DNA from: Octopus vulgaris
Taxonomy: Eukaryota
Reading direction: 5' to 3'
Assembly: GCA_951406725.2 (NCBI GenBank)
Contig: OX597827.1
Coordinates: 35,836,001-35,900,000, forward strand
DNA: 64,000 bases
In this document: positions 37,319 to 49,614 of the stretch, piece by piece
How positions within the stretch are numbered: the first letter of the stretch is position 1
Layout of the letters: the number at the start of each line of letters is the position of its first letter
Notes under the pieces: model-generated
Databases searched by the model: none
The model's input: the letters and a program-made list of their open reading frames with translations, nothing else
Told to the model about the DNA's origin: nothing
Made by a program: the position numbers and the translations under genes

Positions 37319-39223
37319 AGAATAACAAGATAGTCAGAATGTTGGATGATTATATATATTTTCATTTACATTTTTAGCGCTTCCTTTCGTTATCGGACTT
37401 ATCAAAAAAGTGGTTTTCAGTAAGTTTACTTTGCCTTTTTTTTATAAAATTGAAACTGATGATGTTTTAGAGAGAGAGAGAGAGGAACAACCCAAACTTC
37501 TGAAAGACAATGGAACTATAGTTCATAAAGAAGTTCTCACCAAAATTAAGTGGTTGAAAAAAGGAAGGAGCAAACATTTGGATATATGTGGAGAAGGAAA
37601 ATTCAAAGAATGACCCAAGGTTCCAAAAGACAACAGAACTGTATTTCATAAAAAAAGTCCTCAGTAAAAATTAAACAATTGAAAAAACTACATCAATATA
37701 CAGGGATGCTCCATCAAATCAAATAGAATAAATCAGAGGTCCAACAACAACATACTAAGATACTATACCCAACGAACATTCCTGGAAAATATGATTGAGA
37801 AATAATGTGGATACTAATATACCCATGTTTGGCCCTCTCCAAACATCACCTGTATGAAATCAATCATCACTGGGGAGAAGGTATATTTCCATGGACATTC
37901 CGACTCCCCACCTGCCATTCAGATTATATTTATGATTCTTTATGATTTGTATGATTCTGATCCTTTGATTTAGATTGTATTCATAATTGTGAATATATTC
38001 ATTTAAGAAAGGTATATTTTCATTGACATTTAGATTTCCCCCTCCCCATTTTTTTTACACTCAGATCCTATTTATAATTTTTTTAAAGAAATTCAAATTG
38101 AAAAACACTTTCCCACATTCAATTTTTTTCAGATTGTATTCAAAATCACAACTATACCTACATAAAAATCACTCTTTCAAAAACATAGCTACACACAGCT
38201 ATATCAAAAACAACATCTGGAATTTGAATCAAAAAAATCCACATCCATACAACCATTCTCTCCCCCTTACATTAATAAATCAGAGGTCCAACAACAACAT
38301 ACTAAGATACTATACCCAACGAACATTCCTGGAAAATATGATTGAGAAATAATGTGGATACTAATATACCCATGTTTGGCCCTCTCCAAACATCACCTGT
38401 ATGAAATCAATCATCACTGGGGAGAAGGTATATTTCCATGGACATTCCGACTCCCCACCTGCCATTCAGATTATATTTATGATTCTTTATGATTTGTAGA
38501 TTCTGATCCTTTGATTTAGATTGTATTCATAATTGTGAATATATTCATTTAAGAAAGGTATATTTTCATTGACATTTAGATTTCCCCCTCCCCATTTTTT
38601 TTACACTCAGATCCTATTTATAATTTTTTTAAAGAAATTCAAATCACATATATGATTGAGAAACACTTTCCCACACTTCAACTTTTTTTCAGATTGTATT
38701 CAAAATCACAACTATACCTACATAAAAATCACTCTTTCAAAAACATAGCTACACACAGCTATATCAAAAACAACATCTGGAATTTGAATCAAAAAAATTT
38801 GACCACATCCATACAACCATTCTCTCCCCCTTACATTAATGAATATAAAAGAATTAAATAACAAGACCTTGAAATGTAATTATAATTCTTACTGGAGAAA
38901 ATCAAAAACATCCCGTTTTCCAATTAAAGAATTTGACCACTTGAATACAAATCCCCCCCCCCCCCCAAGGTCACTAAGTTGAGAGAAAAAACATATTGAA
39001 TCCAAATCAAACAAGTCTGACCACACTGATACAAAAACCATGCCTCCTTTACCTCCCCCTCTCTCTCAAATGTTTCTCTTCTTTCTTTTCCCTTCCTTTG
39101 CAACCCCCCCCCAAAAAAAAAGAGTACAATCCAAAAACACACTCCTACTCGTTTTCTCTTCTCTTCTCTGTCTTCACTATCTCCCACTCTCTCACCCCTG
39201 TACCTTTCTTTCTAATTTGTTTC

Positions 39224-39256
<33 letters not shown>
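37318..39256 (+). mobile_element. Penelope-like element 3' portion with inverted 5' pseudo-LTR (37318-37480)
   Basis: SKHLDICGEGKFK and ELYFIKK endonuclease C-terminal remnants shared with 45420-45900; terminal segment present in inverted orientation upstream. Confidence 0.65.
37727..38840 (+). repeat. Near-identical ~550 bp tandem duplication inside the PLE 3' region
   Basis: aataaatcagaggtccaacaac starts at 37727 and again at 38274. Confidence 0.93.
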
Positions 39257-39257
<1 letters not shown>

Positions 39258-42200
39258 ATGTCCCCATCATCAGGATGATGCACTCCTTGGTGGCTGCCAT
39301 CATACTTGATTCTTTATTGCCTACCAGGGGCCAACACAGATGGGACATTACAATCTCAGAGGTCAGACACAACGAAATGAAATTTAGAAAAGAAATGCAG
39401 TTAAAAATTTACATGCAATGAATGATAACAACACAACAGACAACACAAATGGTGTGGTGTTTGGGTTCAGCTCCAACCTCACAAGCCCCAATTCACCATT
39501 GATATCTTTAAGACACTTTATGGCATATTCACACGGTTACAACCACTCTCAACACTTGTGCTACATATTTCCATCTTTTGTTAAACATTTTCTCCGACAG
39601 ATACCTCATCTCCAGCCCTATTTTCCTTTTCAAATGAAAAGTAAAATACCTTTGCAAGGCAAAGCCAGAGATAAAGCTGCCTGTCATTACTCCTTTCATC
39701 CTTGTCTTCCATGCCACCTCTTTCGCTAATGCTACTAGGGTGAGAAAACAATTCTTACCTTCATTCGACAGAAAATCAGGCAGGTCAGTTTTCATAATTG
39801 TCTCAGTCGATAGCTGTATTCTTCTTGTACCTGACAACAGATGTTCCACATAAGCCCACATCTCTGACACCCCTGGACACTGAACAATAGCATGAGGGAC
39901 TGTTTCCCTATCCAGCTCACATCTTGGGCGGGTTGGCGCGTCGCATTGACCATGTTTTGCAAGCTTATCCTGAATGGGCAAGACTCTTCTGTGATATTGC
40001 TAGGTCAAGGACTTTTGGAAGTTATCCAGTATCCTCAACCCAAATGTATAGAAAAACAGGCTGTCGAGATGAATATACCCAAGACCCAAAGTCTCCCCCA
40101 GGGCATCGTTACATCCAGCCTCTACTAACCCTCTACAGAAAAATGCTGTAGAACCACCACCACTGGCATTTCCTGAGTGATGGAATAGCAGGAGCACCTT
40201 GTGACACTCCATATGCCACTCACTCAACCAAGATCTACAAAAGCACCAGGCTTCCCGTCCACTGAAACCAGTGAATGAGGGAAACATCTGTTTCGCCAGC
40301 AGAGACCACACCAGTTCACCATCCAGAAGAATCCAGAGATGCCTCAACCTCAGCACATGTGCATCAACAGCCAAGGCATCCCTAGTCCTCCTTTTAACAG
40401 TCTTTGACAGCAAATAGAGTTTTACAAGTGGCTTCAAGCCCTTCCACAAAAAGTGAAAGCGCTGTCTTTCCAACTTGATCAACCATGAATCTGGGCAAGG
40501 AACAATGGTTAGGCGGTAGGTAATGACCAATGCGATGAACACATTCCCTTTCGCCCTCCCTTTCAGGGACAGCCACTGCCAAGACCAGGTCCTGACTATG
40601 TGAGCCACCCTGCTCGAAACCTCGTCTTAATTCTCTACCTGGAGGTCTGGACCAAACCAGACCCCTAGCAACTTAACCGGGACCCCCCGTCCAATGTCCT
40701 ACAATGCTGTCTGAAGGCATTGACTTGCTCCTCCAGTTGCCGAGTTGCAAGCTGACTGATTATTCCTGGTTAATCTTTGCTCCTGCCACTGTCTTATAAT
40801 CCTCAATGGCCTTGCCTACCCTTGTAGGTATTCCATTTTGGTCATGCTGATGGTGATGTCATCCACATAAGCTGAAACCTACTCTCCACATCCTGGCTCT
40901 CTCAGGATGCCACTCAACCTTTGCAGTAACGGCTTAAGAGCCATCACATACATAAGTGTGAGAGTGGGCACCCTTGGTGAACCGAGCATTTGATACAGAA
41001 CAGTTTTGATAGAAAACCATTCACCTGAATGATCAAGTCAATGTTTTCATACAATTGTATAATCCACCTAAGGAAGCCAAGACTTAGGCCAAACTGTGCA
41101 AGAACAGTCACCAGGTAATGATGGTCAATCCTATCAAAAGCTTTAGATTGGTATAAATTTACCAATGCCCCACCTTTGCCAGATTTACTCTCAAACCCTT
41201 CTAAGGTGTAGCAGAGAAGGTGGAGATTGTCCTGGTTACTTTTGCTGGGAATGGCACATGTCTGTGCTTCCCCGATCAGACCATCCACGACGTGTGCCAA
41301 CCTTTTTGCTAGCACCTTGGCCAAAATCTTCACTTCTGAATTTAATAGAGTGATGGGCCGGAAATTATCCATATGATCCCCCTTGCCCGGGTCCTTTCTG
41401 ATCAGTGTCACCACTCCCCAGCGCACAGATCTGGAAATAAACCCATTCTGTTGCCAGTTCGCATATACACTAGTCAGCAGGTGCCCAAACAAGTCTGGCA
41501 TACACTTATATAACTCGTAGGGTAGACCATCCAGTCCCGGTGACTTACCTACGCCACAGTCTGCCAAAGCCTCAATCACCTCCTCGGGTGTGATCAGCCC
41601 TTTACAAGACTCCGCATCCTGCCCTGAGAAGCACAGCAGCCGAGAAAAGAAGTCTGCAAAGTCCCTCCTACCATCCTGTCCATCGCTCCCCATAAAAGGT
41701 GGGTGGAGTGCTCATAAAAAGCCTCACACATTTCCTCGGGTTTGTTTATCAATACACCTTGATGATTTACCAAAGATCAAACTGTGGAATCATTTCCACA
41801 TTGAGCTTCCACTTGGGTCCATCCAGCGGCCTTGATCCTTTTGTAACCCACTGCACATAGTCTAGCCCTGACAATGCACCCCATGTATTGGGTTTCAAGG
41901 AGCTGGTTTAATTCCTGTCTCTTCGCCCTCACCTAGTCTGCACTGCCATTCCTCATGGCTTCCTCTAAGTTCTTAACTAGACCCTCTTCTTCCTTACATT
42001 CCTTAGCCACTAAATTTATGCTATACCGAATAGACTCAAATTTTATCACTCATTTTAGGGCATACCACCATTAGTTGTTAATGATGGCTCCTATTAATAC
42101 CGTCTGAATTATCAACTTAATCCACTTTCTGTACTCCTCAATCACCAACAGGGATGCATTGAGTTTCCAGTAGCCAGATCCCTGTCTATGTACCTTATCT

Positions 42201-43500
42201 AAGTTCAGAGTACAGATAACCATCTTGTGATCACTGTAGCTGACTGGATAAAACTGTGGACACTTAATTATGCGCTTGTCTACTTTTCTAATTAAAATCT
42301 TATCTATATATGATCTGGAAGACCTGTTGTTATTTGACCGTGTACACAATGGAGCGTCCAAGTGTTCCAGCCTATATGGATCTGCTAGCTGAAAATGACT
42401 TAGCAGATCCCGGAAGCCAAAGTTACATATCCTATGAAGTCTCAAGTCAACACAATCTATGCGTGCATTGCAGATTGTTTTAAAGTCTCCTAGAAAAATT
42501 AAAGGATGTGACATGCCTAGAAATTTCTCTAGGTCACAAAAATACTCACTTTTTTTACCAGAAGCATTGGGTGCATAAATTGCAACCAGCCTGATCATCT
42601 TGCCACAACTGACTGTCAAGTCCAAAATGACCAGTCTACCTTTTGGATCAGAAAAAATTAACCTTTTCTCCGAAACCTGGTTTCTTTTTAATAGGACCAA
42701 CACCCCACCCCACCTGTCACCTGACACAGAGAAATGTATTTCTTGTAGCTGTTCAGCAGAGGGAGCAGATCTCTTGGCCCCTTCAACCGGGCTTCTTTGC
42801 AACAATTACATCCAAATTTTGTGATGCCATTTAGGAAGCGCCCTTGTTCCATCTCGGCATCAGCCACATACATTCAAACAACCAATGTGAATTGCCATAT
42901 CTTACCTCAATTTTTTTTCTTTATTCCATGGTATCAGGTGGAGGGGAGTCTCCACCTCTTCTTTTTTCTTGGTTCATGGGATCAGAGTAGGTAGTCCTTC
43001 AAAAATTGAAGGTAAAAAGTCTTTCCTTATCGTCCCTCCAGAAACCCTAAAGTTATTACTTTGGATTCTGTAGTTTTTCAAGTCTGTCTCATAAATGTCA
43101 TAGTTTTTGTATTTCTCCGAATGCTCATCATTCCTTATGGCAGTTTTAATCACCTTCGCGCTTCTTACTAGTTCAACGTTATCTGTTTTTATAGCTACTA
43201 AGCCCTTTTCTTCTTTCTTTTCTTTTTTTGCCATCTTCTTTGGCCTCTTGTCCGATGGTAGTTTTGGTTGGTGCTGTAGGATGCTTCTTTCTTTTGTTGC
43301 CTGCTTGGTTCTCTGTTTTCTTTTCCTCTTCCTCCTCTTCTCCTTCTTTGCACTTAGCACGGATGTGCCCCAGTTCACCACACTAGAAACACTGTGGCTT
43401 CCAACCCTCCACAAACACTACAAGGTTTTCATCCCATCTCTATTTTTTTTCAGGGATTTCCTCCAATATTTGCAGCTCTGCTTGAATTATTAAATTGACT
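39257..43500 (-). mobile_element. Decayed near full-length L1/Tx1-clade LINE (ORF1 CCHC knuckle; ORF2 APE-RT-zinc motif)
   Basis: ORF1 CF*CGELGHIRAKC at 43350-43391; APE GRLVILD, IYAPN, LGDF, YSDH, GYWKLN; RT KSPGLDGLPYE, NFRPITLLN, KAFDRI, QGCPLS; C-terminal RC...ETVPHAIVQC; minus-strand AATAAA at 39313-39318. Confidence 0.9.
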
Positions 43501-44086
43501 GTTTGTCCATGCCAGTTTTGTTTATCTGTGACTGATGCCTGGTGGAGTGTGATCTTCCCTCTCTTCTATTTGTTGATACTTTTGTTTACCTACCAATGCA
43601 TTGTTTCACTTTAAGGATGCGTATTTACTCATCGATTATATTTTGACTGTTGTCCATTGCTTCAAATATATTTTAGCATTGTCGTTCTAGCCGTTTTTTA
43701 AACAATCACAAGAAATTTCGCTTTCATGTAAAACAACTATATTTTGTTATCATTATCCATAAGCTACTCCCAAAACACTTCAGTAGCTTTCCTTTGCATT
43801 GCTTGCAAACTTATATGCTCTATTGATCATAAAAGTGCAATGACCTTCACAATAACAAACTTTCAGTTTGGTTTTCCGTTCCTAGGTTAATTGGAAACAA
43901 AGATTGCCATGCTACCTATAAACCTTTTCAGTAGTCCATTTGGTAAAAAACATACCACCAAAGTAACTTAAACCATCCAAAGGAGAGGTGCGTTTGCTAG
44001 TATATGTATGGATGTATGGATGGCTGGATGGATGGATGGAGAGAGAGAGAGAGAGTTTTTGAAGTGATATACAGATATTGTATACT

Positions 44087-45900
44087 GAGAATAACAAGGA
44101 AGTCAGAATGTTGGATGATCATATACATTTTTATTTACATTTTTAGCGCTTTCTTCTGTTACCTGATTTGTCAAAAAAGTGGTTTGCTTTACCTTTTTAT
44201 ATAAAATTGAAACTGATGAAGTTTTAGAGAGGGCGAGAAAGAATGGGAGGAAAAATTAGAAAGGAAGGTACAGGGGATGAGAGAGGAGAGAGTGGGAGAT
44301 AATGAAGATAGGGAAAACAAAGTAGAAGGATTGTGTTTTGGGAATGTATTGTTTTTGTGGGGTTTGCCAAGGAAGCGAAAAGAAAGAAGAAAAAGTTTGA
44401 GGAGAAGTAGAGGAGGCGTGGCTTTTGCATCAGTGTGGTCAGACTTTTTGATTCCACCTATTGACCTTTTGGGTGGGAAAGAAAAGGAATTTTTGTATTC
44501 AAGTGGTCAAAGTTTTTAATTGGAAAACCCAGATGTTGTTTTCCATTTTCTCCAGTAAAAATTATAATTACATTTCAAGGTCTTGTTTTTTAATTCTTTT
44601 GTATTCATTAATGTTAAGGGGAGAGAATGGTATGGCTATGTTTTTGAAAACATAGCCATACACAGCTAATTCAAAAACAACATCTGGAATTTTAATCAAA
44701 AATGTTGACCACATCTACACAACCATTCTCTCCCCTTTAATGAATACAAAAGAATTAAAATACAAGACCTTGAAATATAATTATAATTCTTACTGGAAAA
44801 AATCAAAAACACCATCTGGTTTTCTAATTAAGAACTTTAACCACTTGGATACAAAAATTCCTTTTCTTTCCTACCCAAAAGGTCACTAAGTAGAGGAAAA
44901 TAACATATTGAATCTTAATCAAACACTGATACAAAAGCCATGCCTCCTCTACCTCCCCTCCTTCTCAAATTTTTCTCTTCTTTCTTTTCCCTTCCTTGGA
45001 AAACCCCCAAAATACACTGCTACTTTCTTTTCTCTTCTTGATCTTCACTATCTCCTCCTCTTTCACTCCTGCATCTTCCTTTCTAATTTGTCCCCCCCCC
45101 CCCTCTCTTTCTTTCTAAAACATCAGTTTCAATTTTATATCAAAAGGCAAAGTAAACTTACTGTTAACCACTTTTTTGATAAATCTCATAACTGAAGAGA
45201 GTGCTAAAAAATGTTAATCAAAATAAATATAATCATCCAACATTCTGATTACCTTATTATTCTCAATATAGTGTTAAAAATGTAAATATTTTTATTTACA
45301 TTTTTAGCACTTTCTTCCATTACCAGATTTATCAAAAAGATGGTTTCTGATGATGATTTACGAAGAGGGAGGGGAGAGAGCCCCCAAAATCAGAAACCTT
45401 AAAAAACAACTCACAAGAGAACAAAACATTCTCTGTAAAGGAATGTGGAGACAGTAGATGGGGACACCCACATAAAATTTAAAAGGGGATTCTTATTCAA
45501 AATAAATGCAAATATGAGCTGCAAGACACAAAACCTCATATACTGCATTACTTGCTCCAAATGCAAGGAGAATTGTATTGATGAAACCAATAATTCCCTT
45601 TGCCAACGCGCAAGAATCCACAGACAGTACATCTGACAAGAAGAGCTATGGAAGATTCCACTGAGCAAACATTTGAAAATATATGGAGAAAGAAGATTCA
45701 CATCCTCCCCTTTTACAAATGCTTAAGGAATGACCCAAACTTCTGAAAAACAATGGAGCTACACTTGAAAAAGAAATTCTCATGAAAATTAAATGGATGG
45801 AAAAAGGAAACATTTGGAAATATGTGGAGAAGGAAAATTCAAAGTTCTGAAAGATAATGGAACTATACTTCACAAAAGAAGTCCTCAACAAAAACTAACA
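44087..45900. mobile_element. Penelope-like element pieces: 1.18 kb inverted pair of 3' ends plus a GIY-YIG endonuclease fragment (45420-45900, +)
   Basis: SCKTQNLIYCITCSKCKENCIDET..L.QR...HR matches the PLE GIY-YIG pattern; 44087-44630 is the imperfect reverse complement of 44720-45265. Confidence 0.75.
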
Positions 45901-46600
45901 TGACTATATATTTTTTTGAAAGTCCACCTAGGAGAATTGCATATGAATATGACTGTATATATGTTAAAGATGATCTCAAACCATTGCTAAAACCTTTTTA
46001 CCACATTGTTGTTGGACCTTGCAAAACACTCCAGATTCTGAAATTCTATAAGAACAGCTGTTTTGTCTCTTCTTGGCTCTCTTTCTCCTTTAGAAAATTC
46101 TAGGTTTGAGCTTTAAAATATATTCAAAACAAAACAGCCAACAAGAAACAGATGAATTTGGATATATAATTGTGACAGCATTGTGTATTGCTTTTTCAAA
46201 ATTCTATTTTGCAGTCTGAAGGACAAATACTCAGACAAAAGTCAAGAGTAGTGGCTAAAATGTGTAGGTATGAACATGCGTGCTTACGTGAATACTATGA
46301 ATCTTTTTACCCCCTTACTTGTAACTCCCTCCCCTCACTTAGTGGTCATTCAAATAGCTCTTTTGTCTTAATAGCGGTCAATCACACAGTAATTAACCTT
46401 TGTATAATTTTTCATAGCATTTTTTCTGATGGCCAGATAACTGAAGAGATGGCGGCGTGGATTTCCACCTCGGCATCCGAAACTCAGAGTTTTATGACGG
46501 CTACTGAATAATTGTCACATATTACATTTACAGATATTCATAAATATATATGCATATATATATACACACACATATATATATACATATATATTTATATAGG

Positions 46601-46900
46601 CATCATCATCATTGTTTAACGTCCGCTCTCCATGTTAGCATGGGTTGGACGGTTCAACTGGGGTCTGGAAAGCCAGAAGGCTGCACCAGGCCCAGTCTGA
46701 TCTGGCAGTGTTTCTACAGCTGGGTGCCCTTCCTAACGCCAACCACTCCATGAGTGTAGTGGGTGCTTTTTACATGCCAGACAAGGGTGGCAAACGGCCA
46801 CGATCGGATGGTGCTGTTTACGTGCCCAGTTGAGGCTGGCAACGGCCACAATCAGATGGTGCTTTTTATGTGCCACTGGTACGGAGGCCAGTCAGGGCGG
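46601..46900 (-). mobile_element. 5'-truncated RTE 3' end
   Basis: catcatcatcattgtttaacgtccgc... is the reverse complement of the RTE tail. Confidence 0.85.
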
Positions 46901-47140
46901 TGCTATATATACATATATATACTTATATATACATATATATACTTATATATACATATATATATAAATATATATATGTATATTAATAGTTATCGCCAAGCTA
47001 ATATGGTAGTCTATAAATAAAAGACTAAAGCTGCCGCTGATTAGCTCCAAGAGGCCATCGCCTCTAGCTAGCTATATGACACACGAACCTGCGTCCATTA
47101 TAACCTTCGAACAGGGGAGGTCAGCCGCTTCACCTTGCTG

Positions 47141-47202
47141 GTCAGACATCTGCAGACATGTTTCAGGGTAGTTGCCCTTTATCAATGCAGGGTAGTCAGA
47201 CT
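47141..47202 (-). ncRNA. Type I minimal hammerhead ribozyme motif (U3-A8 core variant), PLE-type
   Basis: Minus strand reads GTCTGAC-TACC-CTGCA-TTGATAA-A-AGGG-CAACTA-CCCT-GAAA-CATG-TC-TGCAG-AT-GTCTGAC: stems I and II pair, palindromic loop 3, GUC triplet. Confidence 0.75.
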
Positions 47203-47269
47203 CTTTTTTCCACCTTGTTTCACATTTATGTGTTTACTCCGGTATGTATGTATATATGTGAGAACAGTC

Positions 47270-47763
47270 AGAATCAAAATCAAAATGAAAATCAAACCAA
47301 ATCAAATCAGATATCAAAAAGCAGAACCAAAATTGAGGTCGATCAACATCAGTGGAAGTTGCAGCTGTGGTTAAGCGAACCATCCGATCATGGCCGTTGC
47401 CGGCACGTAAAAGCACCATCCGCTCGTGTCCGTTGCCAGCCTCGCCTGGCCCCCGTGCTGGTGGCACGTAAAAGCACCATCCGTTCATGTCTGTTGCCAG
47501 CCACGCCTGGCCCCCGTGCCGGTGGCACGTAAAAACACCATCCGTTCGTGGCCGTTTGCCAGCTCCGTCTGGCACCTGTGCGGGTGGCACGTAAAAAGCA
47601 CCCATTACACTCACGGAGTGGTTGGCGTTAGGAAGGGCATCCAGCCGTAGAAACACTGCCAGATCTGACTGGGCCTGATGCAGCCTTCCGGCTTCACAGA
47701 CCCCCAGTTGAACCGTCCAACCCATGCTAGCATGTAAAACGGACGCTAAATGATGATGATGAT
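47270..47763 (+). mobile_element. Young 5'-truncated RTE 3' end with ~4 tandem 61-bp UTR repeats
   Basis: ggcacgtaaa at 47402, 47463, 47524, 47586; CpGs retained; (GAT)n tail. Confidence 0.85.
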
Positions 47764-48069
47764 ATATATATATATATATATATATCTTGTGTGTGTGTGT
47801 GCATGTGCATATATATATATATACAAAGATATAAAGATATATATATGCACACGCACACACACACAAGATATATATATATATATATACTATATCTGAATTA
47901 TAAGACTGGATGGTCACGAGCGGAACGCCATTAACCACTCGACTGCATGATTAGGATTGACCTCAGGTTAAACACCAACGACATTGAAATTCATCTTAAG
48001 AAGTCACTGTTGTGCTAGTTAAGTCTGGTACATCTTGCACTGACCAGCACACAGTTTGACAGGTTAGTC

Positions 48070-49150
48070 TCTCTCTCCTCATTTCTATTTTCTTTACTTC
48101 TCTCGTTCTTTCTATTTACCTCTTTCTCTCTATCCCATTCATTATGTTTCTATTCTCGCTTGTCCTTTCCCCCCTATCTATTTTTCTCCTTACCTCATTA
48201 TTCCACTTCCAGCCACCCCAGTTTTTTTTATCCTCTACATGTTTAACATTCAAGCTATCAAGTGTTTTCAATGCTATATCTATCTATCTATCTATCTTTA
48301 GTTGTTTATATATCTATGTTTAGCTATCCAGTCTTCAGTATATTTATATCTATATATCCAGCTTAACTATCAATATTTTCATTTATCTATCTACATATAT
48401 GTCTAGTTTTTGTTGTTTTTTTCTCTCCTGTCTCCCTCCATCGTCCGACATTTGTAAGCGCTGCTGTGAAAATTTTTCTTAATGTTTGTTTAACCTGAAT
48501 TTATATTTCTTTTAACCGCAGCACTCTCTCTCTTTCTTTCTCCTTCTCTCTCTTTTCCTAAATCTCCATTCTCAATTATCTATCTCTTACTATTTCCCTG
48601 TGTTTCAAATTCTGCCGCCTACCTTCTTTCACATTCTGTATCTTTTGTTATTTTTTCCTCTATTTACGAGTATATACCTCTCTTTCTCTCGGTCTAAACT
48701 TTTCTCTCTCATATATCCCTTCCATCTTTCTGTCTATCCGGCTTCCCCTCTCTCTTCCGTTCCTTCTTTCTTTCTCCATCCATTCCTATTTCTCTCAGCC
48801 AATGTTTTCCTGCCGTTCTTGGCAAGACTTTCCTTTCACTGTAAAACATCGGACAGTCTTACCGAACAGATTGCTGGTGAGTACGGAACTTTCAACAGCT
48901 GCCACACTTTTAATACCTTCTTTCTTTTTCCTTCTCTCCTGCTTATTCCTTTTATTTATTTTTTATCTTTGCTCTGTTTTATTTTCTTTTGTTTTTCTTT
49001 TCTTTTTTATTTCTTCTTTTCTTCTTCTCTTTCTTCGTTTTCTTTTCATTCCAGTGTCTTTTTTTCATTTCGTTTTCTGTTTATTTTTGCAGTTTATTCC
49101 ACTACACTTTTCTCTATTTCTCTTTTCGTTTTTTTTTTTAATCTTTTAAA
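48070..49150. repeat. Pyrimidine-rich low-complexity tract
   Basis: Mostly T/C on the + strand; produces spurious Phe/Ser/Leu ORFs. Confidence 0.8.
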
Positions 49151-49614
49151 TGTATGGCAATAATTATGGTGGTGGTAGTCGTCATCGTGGTCGAAATAAT
49201 TGTTGTTTATCCCCATATCAGCAGACCTGTGATCGATAGCATTCCAGTCACGACCATTCCATCTGTTTAGAAGTATCTAGGATTACATTATCCAGTAAGT
49301 CTCTCTTTTAAGATCGTAGAGCATTCTTTGAGACCGATTTAGCTGCTATTTCTAGTAAGTCGCTCAACTATATGAGGGCCACCCGCTTTGACTCATGGTA
49401 GAAATATTATTACTAATGTTGGTGGAAGCTCCAGGTCAACTCTGATTAAATACACCTATGATCAAAAGCGGTCCAGTCGTGAATATCAAGTTTTATATCC
49501 AAACATCGTGTCTAATCGTACGTTGTCCAAAAGGGTGGAAATTTAAGGAAAATTTGGTTACTATTTCTAGCAGGTCCTATGATCTCTTAGAGGATTTCTT
49601 GTTGACTTGTGGTA

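Noticed and set aside
45347-45398. Canonical CTGATGA...GAAA hammerhead on the + strand
   Set aside because: Stem II is possible (tgattt/aaatca) but there is no stem I or III, and the core is sequestered by ggtttctgat/atcagaaacc
48600-49163. 187 aa Phe/Leu/Ser-rich ORF resembling a membrane protein
   Set aside because: Product of a polypyrimidine tract that lacks stop codons by composition
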